A DNA stretch of 64,000 nt from an uncultured Acidobacteriota bacterium (GTDB lineage Bacteria > Acidobacteriota > Vicinamibacteria > Vicinamibacterales > UBA2999): NCBI GenBank assembly GCA_963773045.1, contig CAVYZT010000003.1:291191-355190 (forward strand). The letters run 5' to 3'. Below, piece after piece: positions 10,101 to 18,321 of this stretch. Position 1 is the first letter of the stretch. Every line of letters starts with the position of its first letter. A program made the translations under genes and the position numbers. The notes below the pieces were generated by a model that was not told the DNA's origin, made no database searches, and saw nothing but the letters and a program-made list of their open reading frames with translations.

Positions 10101-10118
10101 CTTTCTGTCGGTCAGCTT

Positions 10119-10547
10119 TCAGGTCGCGCTGTCGTTGAAGTACTCAGCAATCGGGCTACCGGCGAACTTTTCGCCGAGCAGGCGGGCAAAGTGCACGACC
10201 GACGTGCGCGGCCGGTAACTCGCCACGACGTGCTGGGTCTGTCCGGCGGCGTTAAAGCTGACCAGGACGACACAGCCAATGGGTTCGCCGTTGACCTTCG
10301 CGACGTAGTGTTCGAGGAAGCCGCCGTCATAGGGGCCGGCGAACAGGAACACTTGGTCCTGATACATCGAGCGGATGGTGATCACGACTGACCGGACGGC
10401 GTCCGCGCCCTGCACGGCGCTGTCCAACATCGATCCCTCCACGGTGGCGTCGGGAGCCATGTTGTTCACCCACGCCGGAAAGTAGTCTTTGAGAGCGGGA
10501 TCGCCGCTACCGAGATATTGGGGAAGCATGTGGCCTTTGATCGACAT
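10119..10547 (-). CDS. Hypothetical protein, possibly NTF2/SnoaL-like fold
   Basis: 142-aa ORF in the operon-like minus-strand run, 18 nt from the nitrilase start. No diagnostic motif. Confidence 0.5.
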   Translation of the reverse strand: MSIKGHMLPQYLGSGDPALKDYFPAWVNNMAPDATVEGSMLDSAVQGADAVRSVVITIRSMYQDQVFLFAGPYDGGFLEHYVAKVNGEPIGCVVLVSFNAAGQTQHVVASYRPRTSVVHFARLLGEKFAGSPIAEYFNDSAT

Positions 10548-10634
10548 AAGTAAGTCCTCTCTTTTGTTGTTGGGTTCAGAAGAAATTGCGTCCGCGCGGT
10601 GATGGTGACGGGAGTTTGTGTCGCGGTTGACATG

Positions 10635-11441
10635 TCACTGCCCCCACTGCTTGGTAACGGTGGCCCGCACCACGGCTTGATCAATCGGTTGATGGTTGGC
10701 ATCGACCAGTTGGATGAGGATCGTGTGCGGACCCGGCGCGAGGCCGCTGACGATAACGGGATTGCCAGTCGCGTCTGCCCAGTGCCACGTGCCCTCATCC
10801 ACTGTTACGTGAATGTGTCCAACCCGGGGAGCGACGGCGAGCGCCGTCGGTCCGAATACCGGCGCCACGTGCAGATTCTCGGTGCGGTATTGAATAAAGA
10901 GCACGCCGCGCGATAGCGCCTCTGCAAGGGGCGCATCGACGACGATCTTCGCGGGTGGTTCGCTTGAGGCCGTTCGCGCTGCTGCTTGCGCAACACTCGG
11001 CGTTGTGGGCACCGTGAATGTCACTGTGCCCTGATCGATTCGTTGGTGGTTCGCGGTTTCCAATTCGAGTCGAACCGTGTGCGCCCCGGGGGCCAGGCCG
11101 TTGAGAACCACCGGTTCTCCGCTGGCATCGGCCCAGACCCACGGGGCATTGTCGACCGTCACATGGATGTGTCCGACGCGGGGAGACACCGCAAGCGCGG
11201 CAGCTCCAAACACCGGCACGATGTGGAGGTTTTCAGCGCGATATTGAATCACCACCCGGCCCCGCGACAGGGGCTCTGGCAAAGGCGGATCGACGATGAT
11301 CTTTGCCGCTGGTTCGTTTTGCAGCGGCTCGACCGGGGCGGCGCCGCGCACCTCTCGTGCGGTTTGCGCGGCGCTTGAAGCAGCGACCAGGCACACGATG
11401 ATGATTGGCGCCGTGAAGCGAATCGAAAATCTCATAGCCAA
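10635..11441 (-). CDS. Secreted protein with two tandem DUF6130-like domains
   Basis: Signal peptide MAMRFSIRFTAPIIIVCLVAASSAAQ. Two internal repeats each carry ..AKIIVD.PL.E.LSRG...IQYR.ENLH..PVFG..ALAV.PRVGHIHVTVD...W.WADA.G.PV...GLAPG.HT... Confidence 0.7.
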   Translation of the reverse strand: MAMRFSIRFTAPIIIVCLVAASSAAQTAREVRGAAPVEPLQNEPAAKIIVDPPLPEPLSRGRVVIQYRAENLHIVPVFGAAALAVSPRVGHIHVTVDNAPWVWADASGEPVVLNGLAPGAHTVRLELETANHQRIDQGTVTFTVPTTPSVAQAAARTASSEPPAKIVVDAPLAEALSRGVLFIQYRTENLHVAPVFGPTALAVAPRVGHIHVTVDEGTWHWADATGNPVIVSGLAPGPHTILIQLVDANHQPIDQAVVRATVTKQWGQ

Positions 11442-11461
11442 ACTCCTCCTTTAGTGGTGCA

Positions 11462-12511
11462 TTAGCCGAAAGTGAAAGAGAACGCCTCCGCGCCGGCATC
11501 CAGAAATTCGATCTCGAACTGGCGATCCACGATTGGCGTCCGCTGTCGAATCAACTGGTGCAACCGCTGTTCGACGACCGCGCCGTTGCCGCCCTCGTCG
11601 ACGTCCACTCCGTGTGCGGAGCCAGGCGGCTGCCCGTCTATCGAGACGCGAAACCGCACTGGTGCGCCCTGCCGTGGCGGTCCCATGACGAGATGAAGGT
11701 CGCGCGCGTGAAAGCGGTACACCATCCCGGCGTTCGGACTGCTCACGACAGCAGCCTGCTTGCCGACGGTCCAGTCGCCAACCAACGCCCACTGATTCAG
11801 TGACAGCCGGGCGGGGGCGGCATACTGGCGGCGTCGATCCATTACGGCTCCGCCTGGCGACGCGCAGTGTTCCGTGCGCTCGTATCCGACATAGTTTTCT
11901 GGAGACTTCAAGTTGCGCCAATCAGCCGGCGCTTCAACGCCGTCGGCGTCAACGGACACGAGATCGTCGCCAACCTGCGCCGCACCCGCTTCTGTCAGCA
12001 ACCGCTGAATGAGGTGCTCGGACTTGTCGTACTCGCCTTCGCCGAACTGGCGCGCGCGCACGCGGCCTCGCGCATCAACGATGTAGAGGGCCGGCCACGC
12101 GTGATCGTCGAAGGCGCGCCAAATCGCGTAGTCGTTGTCGATCGCGACGGGATATTTGATGTTCATCTGCCGTACCGCGCGACGGACGTTGTCGATGTTC
12201 TGTTCGAACGCGAACTCGGGTGTGTGCACGCCGACGACGACGAGCTGCTCGCGGTACTTCTGTGCCCAGGCGCGCAGATAGGGAAGCGTGCGCCGCCAAT
12301 TGATGCAGGTATAGGTCCAGAAGTTGACGAGGACCACTTTTCCTGCGAGGCGATCCGGCGTCAGCGCCGGTGAGTTAATCCAGTCGACCGCGCGTCCGAG
12401 AGCAGCGAACTCCCGTGACGCGCGGCCGGCGGCTTCCGCCCTGCGAATCGTGCCGAGGTGCGCGATTGCGCTCGACATCAACGCTTTCCCAATGAAACAT
12501 CGGCGATCCAT
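11462..12511 (-). CDS. Thioredoxin-fold redoxin domain protein (DipZ C-terminal-like), Tat-type leader
   Basis: 349 aa. MDRRCFIGKALMSSA.. twin-Arg-like leader; ..GKVVLVNFWTYTCINWRRTLPYLRAWAQKY..VVGVHTPEFAFE.. redoxin core plus a C-terminal beta domain. Confidence 0.75.
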   Translation of the reverse strand: MDRRCFIGKALMSSAIAHLGTIRRAEAAGRASREFAALGRAVDWINSPALTPDRLAGKVVLVNFWTYTCINWRRTLPYLRAWAQKYREQLVVVGVHTPEFAFEQNIDNVRRAVRQMNIKYPVAIDNDYAIWRAFDDHAWPALYIVDARGRVRARQFGEGEYDKSEHLIQRLLTEAGAAQVGDDLVSVDADGVEAPADWRNLKSPENYVGYERTEHCASPGGAVMDRRRQYAAPARLSLNQWALVGDWTVGKQAAVVSSPNAGMVYRFHARDLHLVMGPPRQGAPVRFRVSIDGQPPGSAHGVDVDEGGNGAVVEQRLHQLIRQRTPIVDRQFEIEFLDAGAEAFSFTFG

Positions 12512-12529
12512 ACGCTCACCTCTGCTCCG

Positions 12530-13381
12530 TCAATCGCGCAGACGGCCAACGATCCAACTCTTGACATCCGACATTACGATCGCCTTGTCGACGTCATTGA
12601 GGAGGTCGTGGAAGTGTCCGTCGTACAACTTCAGGGTCTTGTCCTGTGAACTCACCGTCTCGTAAAAGCGCTGGCTTCCGCTCGGCCTGGTCGCCTGATC
12701 CGCGGTGCCGTGGAGAATCAACACCGGTAGCGTGATCGAAGGGAACTCTTGCTTCAGCCGCTCATCAGCGCGGACCATCTCCGCGAGCGTCTTCGTGGGC
12801 TGCGTTTCGTGGGCGATCAGCGGGTCGGCGTCCATCGCCTGCACAGCCTCGGGATCGCGAGAGAAGATCTCGTTCTTGAGATGCAGGATGTGCGCGTGGG
12901 GCGCGACGTGGCTCAATCCCTTGAACACCGCGAGTGCAAAGTCAGGTGCCGGGATTTCGTAAGCGAAGCTCTCCGAAATCAGGCCGGTCAGCTGACGCGG
13001 GTAATCAAGTGCGTAGAGGCAGGCGACCACGCCGCCGGCGCTGTGACCGAGTAGGAACGTCGGCAGCCCCGGCTCGCGGGACTTCGCGAGCGTCACGACC
13101 GCCGACACATCGTCGACGTAGTCGGTAAACTTCTCCACGTAAAACCGTTCGCCGTCCGACTGTCCGCGACCCCGCAAGTCGAGGGCGTAGACGACGAGAT
13201 CGGCCGCGACGAATTGTTCGGCTACCCATCCGTAGTAGCCGCTGTGAGAGTTGAAACCCGGCACGATGACGACGACGCCCCGTGCCTTGGCGTCCGGATG
13301 CCACGAGCGAACGAAGAGGCTGAGTCCTCCCGCCACCTCGAGTCTCTCTTCAGTGGCTTGGCGAAGCTGTGTCTGCGTCAT
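12530..13381 (-). CDS. Alpha/beta hydrolase (lysophospholipase/monoacylglycerol lipase-like)
   Basis: 283 aa. Contains ..VVIVPGFNSHSGYY.., nucleophile elbow GHSAGG, and ..LILHGTADQATRP..YDGHFHDLLND. Confidence 0.8.
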   Translation of the reverse strand: MTQTQLRQATEERLEVAGGLSLFVRSWHPDAKARGVVVIVPGFNSHSGYYGWVAEQFVAADLVVYALDLRGRGQSDGERFYVEKFTDYVDDVSAVVTLAKSREPGLPTFLLGHSAGGVVACLYALDYPRQLTGLISESFAYEIPAPDFALAVFKGLSHVAPHAHILHLKNEIFSRDPEAVQAMDADPLIAHETQPTKTLAEMVRADERLKQEFPSITLPVLILHGTADQATRPSGSQRFYETVSSQDKTLKLYDGHFHDLLNDVDKAIVMSDVKSWIVGRLRD

Positions 13382-13448
13382 GGTCTTCTCCTTAGGAATG
13401 CCCCGAAATCCGATCGGAATTGATCGATGTGAATCGCATTGTGCCCAC

Positions 13449-13925
13449 CTATCTTTGCGGAACCGTGAACTCTACGACTTGGCTCGCTCCCGGGATCGGC
13501 TTGTGCGTCGCATCCGCGAGTTCGAGCTTGACCTTGTGCGGACCCGGTTGCAGTCCGACGAGGACCACCGTTTCGCCGCTCGAGTCGACGGTCGGCCACG
13601 ACTGGTTGTCCACGTAGTAGTGCAGGTGTCCGAGGCGTGGCGATACGGAGAGGGCCGCGCCGCCATACACCGGAAGGATGCGCAGGTTTTCAGTCCGGTA
13701 CTGGATGAAGACTCGCCCCAGGGCGAGCTGTTCGGGAATGGGTTGATCGACGACCAGCTTTGCCGGTGCTTCGTTCGGGACGGCGACGAGCGGCGTCGGT
13801 CCTTTGATGTCCTTCGCGGTCTGCGCCCAGGCCGAGGGCGTGAAGAGCGCGAAGGCGATCGCGATCGCCGCTCCGACGCGTCGGGCATTTCCTGTGACGT
13901 TCTGGCGGTTCGTAGTGACTGTCAT
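13449..13925 (-). CDS. Secreted single-domain DUF6130-like protein (paralog of 10635..11441 repeats)
   Basis: Signal peptide ..AIAIAFALFTPSAWAQ; ..AKLVVDQPIPEQLALGRVFIQYRTENLRILPVYGGAALSVSPRLGHLHYYVDN... Confidence 0.7.
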   Translation of the reverse strand: MTVTTNRQNVTGNARRVGAAIAIAFALFTPSAWAQTAKDIKGPTPLVAVPNEAPAKLVVDQPIPEQLALGRVFIQYRTENLRILPVYGGAALSVSPRLGHLHYYVDNQSWPTVDSSGETVVLVGLQPGPHKVKLELADATHKPIPGASQVVEFTVPQR

Positions 13926-14018
13926 TCAAGGCCTCCTTCGTGAACACGATTGTTGACGAGAACGGGGCCAGAATAGACGTCGCACACACGGCGGCACACC
14001 TCAGGACTAACAGTAGTG

Positions 14019-14278
14019 GGCCTAGATTTATCTCTAGCTCTCCGGAGTGGGACTACAATGCCGCCTGAGAATGGCAAGCGCGCAGCCGACGCCGATTCGC
14101 ATTCTGAGCGTCGAGGATCATCCCGTCGTCCGCGAGGGCCTGGCCGCGATGATTGGTTCGCAGCCCGACATGGTCATGGTCGCGCAGGCGGCGAATGCCG
14201 AGCAGGCGATCGCCGAGTACCAGCGTCATCGCCCCGACATCACGCTGATGGATCTGCGGCTGCCAGGCACGAACGGGT
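14019..14278 (+). repeat. ~260-bp inverted duplicate of the response-regulator promoter + 5' coding region (partner 35215-35469)
   Basis: Hand alignment with the reverse complement of 35215-35469: shared ggcctagatttatctctagct .. tacaatgcc .. attcgcattctgagcgtcgagga..catggtcatggtcgcgcaggcggcgaatgccgagcaggcgatcgccgag..ctgatggatctgcggct..ggcacgaacgg. Roughly 85-90% identity. Confidence 0.7.
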
Positions 14279-14289
14279 ATGTCGATTAA
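14071..14289 (+). pseudogene. Truncated NarL/LuxR-type response regulator (receiver N-terminal 72 codons only)
   Basis: MASAQPTPIRILSVEDHPVVREGLAAMIGSQPDMVMVAQAANAEQAIAEYQRHRPDITLMDLRLPGTNG then YVD-stop. Near-identical to residues 1-69 of the intact regulator at 34784..35422. Ends at the palindrome gtcgattaatcgac (14281-14294). Confidence 0.7.
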
Positions 14290-14409
14290 TCGACAGTGAC
14301 GTAACGTTATTGCAACGCGCGGCACGGCCCGGTGAGTTCATGGCGGCCTTCTTTGAGCGGCACTCGTCGTCTCTGTGGCACGATTATCGAAGGAAGCCTA
14401 GACACCCGA

Positions 14410-14485
14410 ACACGGCAGGAATCTTCAAGACCAGCAACGTTGCCGTCGCATATGGTTTGCCATATCGTGGGTTCTGGCGCTCAGC
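14410..14485 (+). promoter_or_regulatory. Repeated promoter/operator module, copy 1 (degenerate palindrome ATCTTCAAGAc)
   Basis: acacggcaggaatcttcaagacc..cgtcgcatatggtttgcc.. aligns with copies at 15391-15458 and 15949-16016. Lies about 35 nt upstream of the AraC ATG (14518). Confidence 0.4.
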
Positions 14486-14517
14486 CGGCCTTTCCAGGAG
14501 CGTTTCACGTGCTGCCT

Positions 14518-15381
14518 ATGTTGTTGTCAGACATCGGCGAGGTTTCATCGGAACAGGAGGACGGCGCCCCGCCGACCATCCTGGCTGCCGGCAGTGCGCC
14601 GGGTGAAAGCGGCGTCTCCGTCGTCAGCATGCGGTTCGCGAGAGGCGCGCATTTCATAGGGACTCTACGACAGCACATGATCAGTTTCGTGTCCGAAGGT
14701 CGCATCAACTGCCGCCTGGCGGGCACGAAGCTTCTGCACGAGGCCCACGAGGGATCGCTGGCGATCTGCCCGGCCGGTTTCGAGTGCGCCGCCGACACTG
14801 AGCACGATCTCCATTCGCTGCTCATTGCGATTCGACCTCGCCAGCTGGCCCTCGCCGCGGCGGAGGAGACGGCGCTCGAGGCACGGCTGGTCGGTTGCCT
14901 CTCTGGTCACGACCAAAAGCTTCTCGATCTTGCCCGCGCGCTCGCGACCGAAAGCCGGACGGGCTATCCGCACGGCGCGTTGGGGTGGAACGAAACGGCC
15001 GGCCGCTTCATTGACGCCCTGGTCACAGGCTATATCTCAGTCCGCGAGGCGAACACTGGCGGCATCTTGGACCTTGCCATGCTCGCGCGGATTCGCGACT
15101 TTGTGAACGCCCATCTCGACGAGCCGATCGACGTCGCCACGCTGGCGACGATGACCGGCCGCAGCCAGTTTCACTTCTCTCGCGCATTCACCCGATCCGT
15201 GGGCGTCAGCCCGTATCGCTACGTCGTGCATCTCCGATTGCGTCGCGCCGTGGAACTGGTCCGCGAACGGCGGCTTCCGCTAGCGGAGATTGCCGTGAGC
15301 ACCGGATTCGCCGATCAAAGTCACCTGACACGTTGGGTGCGACGAGTGTATGGCGTTTCGCTGACGCAGCTCGCGGCCTGA
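14518..15381 (+). CDS. AraC family transcriptional regulator
   Basis: The C-terminal double HTH is clear: ..IDVATLATMTGRSQFHFSRAFTRSVGVSPYRYVVHLRLRRAVELV..LAEIAVSTGFADQSHLTRWVRRVYGVSLTQL. ATG 14518 (MLLSDIG..) is preferred over the 14332 ORF start, which overlaps the repeat module. Confidence 0.8.
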   Translation: MLLSDIGEVSSEQEDGAPPTILAAGSAPGESGVSVVSMRFARGAHFIGTLRQHMISFVSEGRINCRLAGTKLLHEAHEGSLAICPAGFECAADTEHDLHSLLIAIRPRQLALAAAEETALEARLVGCLSGHDQKLLDLARALATESRTGYPHGALGWNETAGRFIDALVTGYISVREANTGGILDLAMLARIRDFVNAHLDEPIDVATLATMTGRSQFHFSRAFTRSVGVSPYRYVVHLRLRRAVELVRERRLPLAEIAVSTGFADQSHLTRWVRRVYGVSLTQLAA

Positions 15382-15390
15382 TCGTCGGCC

Positions 15391-15458
15391 GCACCGCACG
15401 AATCTTCAAGATCACACCGCTCCGCGTTTCATACGCTTGGCCTTGGTGCTGACGCAGC
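15391..15458 (+). promoter_or_regulatory. Repeated promoter/operator module, copy 2 (palindrome ATCTT-C-AAGAT)
   Basis: gcaccgcacgaatcttcaagatcacaccgctccgcgtttcatacgcttggccttggtgctgacgcagc; about 80% identical to copy 3. Ends 20 nt before the cupin ATG (15478). Confidence 0.45.
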
Positions 15459-15477
15459 ATCAGAAAGGGCATGCACA

Positions 15478-15939
15478 ATGAACGCGAGTGGGATTCGTGA
15501 CCTGACGACACGGCGCTTCGGCCCTGGGGGCGGCGTCTACGACATCATCACGCGCGCTGCCGACACCGGCAACGCACACTTCGCCCTCATCGCTACGGAG
15601 CCGCCGGGCGGTGGGCCGCCGCTGCACACGCACGCCACCGAAGATGAGTTCTTCCTGGTCCTCGAGGGCGAGATGTCCTTCTGGATCGACGGGACGATCA
15701 GCCGCGTCGGGGCAAACGGCACCGCGTTCGTGCCGCGAGGCGTGCCGCACTGCTTCAAGAATCGCTCGAACCGGTCGGCACGACTCCTCGTGTTGTTCAC
15801 GCCCGGTGATATCGAAGGCTTCTTCGACTACGGCGAGGCCATCGACGGCCGCGCGCCGTCCGACGATGTGCTCATCGCGCGCATCGGACAGCTCGGACCG
15901 CAATTCGGTCTGACCCTGCTTGGACCTTCTCCGTTGTGA
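15478..15939 (+). CDS. Cupin domain protein
   Basis: 153 aa. PLHTHATEDEFFLVLEGEMSFWIDG...AFVPRGVPHCFKN is a typical two-motif cupin. Confidence 0.8.
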   Translation: MNASGIRDLTTRRFGPGGGVYDIITRAADTGNAHFALIATEPPGGGPPLHTHATEDEFFLVLEGEMSFWIDGTISRVGANGTAFVPRGVPHCFKNRSNRSARLLVLFTPGDIEGFFDYGEAIDGRAPSDDVLIARIGQLGPQFGLTLLGPSPL

Positions 15940-15948
15940 GCATGGCCC

Positions 15949-16016
15949 GCACCGCAGGAATCTTCAAGATCGCACTTCTCCGCGTTCCATATGCTTCGTC
16001 TTGTGGTGAACACAGC
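15949..16016 (+). promoter_or_regulatory. Repeated promoter/operator module, copy 3 (palindrome ATCTT-C-AAGAT)
   Basis: gcaccgcaggaatcttcaagatcgcacttctccgcgttccatatgcttcgtcttgtggtgaacacagc; upstream of the hydrolase ATG at 16074. Confidence 0.45.
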
Positions 16017-16073
16017 GCCTGCTCTCTGGCGCGGATCGCTTAACGCGCACAGCACTCTGCAAGGAGCACCGAA

Positions 16074-16792
16074 ATGGCTAGTAGACCGACGATTGTTCTC
16101 GTGCACGGCTTCTGGGGCGGCGCCGCTCACTGGAGCAAGGTCATCGTCCAGCTCTCGGCGTTGGGATATGAATCCATCCGCGCCGTCGAGAATCCGCTCA
16201 CGTCGCTCGTCGACGACGCCAAACGCACCCGGCAGATGATCGCGCAACAGAAGGGGCCCGTGCTGCTCGCCGGACATTCGTATGGCGGCGCCGTGATTAC
16301 CGAGGCCGGCGATCAACCCAACGTCGTCGGACTGGTCTACATCGCGGCCTTTGCGCCGGAGGTTGGCGAGAGCCTCGGCGCGATCGCCCAGGCGGGCCCG
16401 ATGCCCGCCGGCGCGGCCCACGTGGCTCCCGACAGTGACGGCTACGTCTGGATCGATCCGACGCACTTCGGCGAGAGCTTCTGCCAGGATCTGCTGCCTG
16501 ACGAACAGCTGGTCATGGCCGTCACGCAGAAGGCTCCGGTTGGCAACACCTTCGGCGAAAAGGTGAAGACCGCGGCGTGGAAGACCAAGCCTTCCTGGTA
16601 CCAGGTCTCGAGCGAGGATCGCATGATCCACCCGGACAACCAGAGGCGGATGTCGGCGCGACTCGGGGCGAGAAGAATCATCACGCTGACGACGGGTCAC
16701 GCCTCCTGGCATCGAAGCCCGTCGAGGTGGCCGCACTGATCGATGAAGCGGCCAAGCGACCGCCGGCTGACAGCACGGCAACCGTTGACTGA
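16074..16792 (+). CDS. Alpha/beta hydrolase (paralog of 35620..36339), one apparent frameshift near 16703-16706
   Basis: ORF 16074..16739 (..IVLVHGFWGGAAHW..LAGHSYGGAVITEAG..LVYIAAFAP..KPSWYQVSSEDRMI..) loses frame at GHAS. Adding one C (tcc-ctg) continues LASKPVEVAALIDEAAK.. (ORF 16577..16792 tail). Confidence 0.75.
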
Positions 16793-16800
16793 GACACCTG

Positions 16801-17140
16801 ATGTCCGCGCCGGCGATCGTGGCCTTAATTGTCGCAGCCATCAACACGGGCGACACGGCGGCGTTCCTGGACCTGTTTCACGAGACAGGGATGGTCGATG
16901 ACTGCGGTTCTCTTTATCACGGTCGCCAGCAAATCAAGGCGTGGTCGGACCGCGAGCTCATTGGTGCACAGGCTCACATTCGCGTGCGCTCACGCGGCCT
17001 TTACGGCGACACCGTCGGCATGCTGGTGGATGTCAGCGGCGATGACTTCTACGGCTGCAGCGAATTTCGGCTCAGGCTGCGGGCCGGCCGAATTCTGGAA
17101 CTGAAGATCGCTGATTACTTCGGGAAGCAAAGAGGTGGAG
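16801..17140 (+). CDS. Small NTF2-like protein (3' end uncertain: no stop before the next gene's ATG)
   Basis: MSAPAIVALIVAAINTGDTAAFLDLFHETGMVDD..IKAWSDRELIG..RILELKI. The frame runs on in-frame into ATG 17144 (GGTGGAG upstream). Confidence 0.45.
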
Positions 17141-17143
17141 ACA

Positions 17144-17690
17144 TGAAGACAGAAGAGATTGCGCCGACTGGCTTGACGGCCGCGCAGCAGTCGCTGAGCG
17201 ACCTATGGGATGAACACGTCCGCAGCGAGTTTGCAACCAAAGACGCGACGGCGGCACTCGATACGATGGTGCGCTGACGCCTACGTGAACCACGTCCCGG
17301 TCCTGACCGGTGGCGTGGGCCGTGACCAGGTGAAGGAGTTTTATGCGAATCACTTCATTCCACATATGCCGTCCGACCTGGAGATCGTGCCGGTGTCTCG
17401 AACGATCGGCGCCGATCGGCTGGTGGATGAACTGATCCTGCGTTTTACTCATTCCGTTGAAATGGACTGGATGCTTCCCGGCGTCGCGCCGACGGGCAAG
17501 CGGGTCGAGTGCGCCACAGTTGCCATCGTGACTTTCCGCGACGGCAAGCTGTTCAGTGAGCACATCTACTGGGATCAAGCGTCGGTGTTGGTGCAGCTTG
17601 GGCTTCTCGATTCTGTCCGTGCTTCCGATCGCTGGAGCGGCCACCGCAAGAAAAGTGGCCGATCACACCTTACCCTCTAACCAACTGATG
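17144..17690 (+). CDS. SnoaL/ester-cyclase-like protein, two apparent frameshifts (~17265, ~17605)
   Basis: The sequence MKTEEIAPTGLTAAQQSLSDLWDEHVRSEF.. / ..ADAYVNHVPVLTGGVGRDQVKEFYANHFIPHMP..KLFSEHIYWDQASVLVQLGLLD / ..LPIAGAATARKVADHTLPSNQL is spread over three frames (ORFs 16801.., 17210.., 17556..). Confidence 0.55.
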
Positions 17691-18264
17691 GCGAGGACGC
17701 TGACCGTGCCACGAGGAACAGAGATAACCGGATCATCGTCGGTTGCGTTCAAGCGGAGACCATCTCCTGAGACAACACTCGATGTGTTCGGCGTCGATGT
17801 GACCTTGCTCGTGGAGAACGAGCACACGGCGGGACGTTTCGGCGTGCTGGAGTACGTATCTACAGCCTGGACACGAGCCGCCTCCTCATTGGCACGAACA
17901 TGAGGATGAAGTGTTTTACGTGATCGAGGGCCACTTGGAGATGCACGTCGGCGACCAGGTCCTGCACGTTGAGGCAGGGGAATGCGTCTTCCTGCCGAAG
18001 CGGAAGCCACACGGCTTCATCATTCGTTCTCCTCATTTGCGCGCTGTATGCGTGATTCAACCGTCCGGAGCAGAACAAGCCTTCAGAATTCTGGGACTCC
18101 CGAAAAACGGCGTCGAGCGTCGGCCGGCTGGGTCCACCTACGCCTCGGACATGATGGATTCGGACCGTCTCCTGAAGGTCGCCCTTCAGTTTGGCGTTCA
18201 TATCCTGAGTCGAGACGAGATTGCGGTTTCGATGCCTCACTTCCCGCTTCCTCCAATGCCGTAA
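17688..18264 (+). CDS. Cupin domain protein, one apparent frameshift (~17862)
   Basis: MARTLTVPRG..FGVDVTLLVENEHTAGRFGVLEYVS (ORF 17556.. frame), then PGHEPPPHWHEHEDEVFYVIEGHLEMHVGDQVL..FLPKRKPHGF (ORF 17911..18264 frame). Confidence 0.6.
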
Positions 18265-18321
18265 GCGACCAGTGTTGCCGAGGAGCCTCGCTCAATCGAG
18301 CTCGTCGACACGTGATGAATC

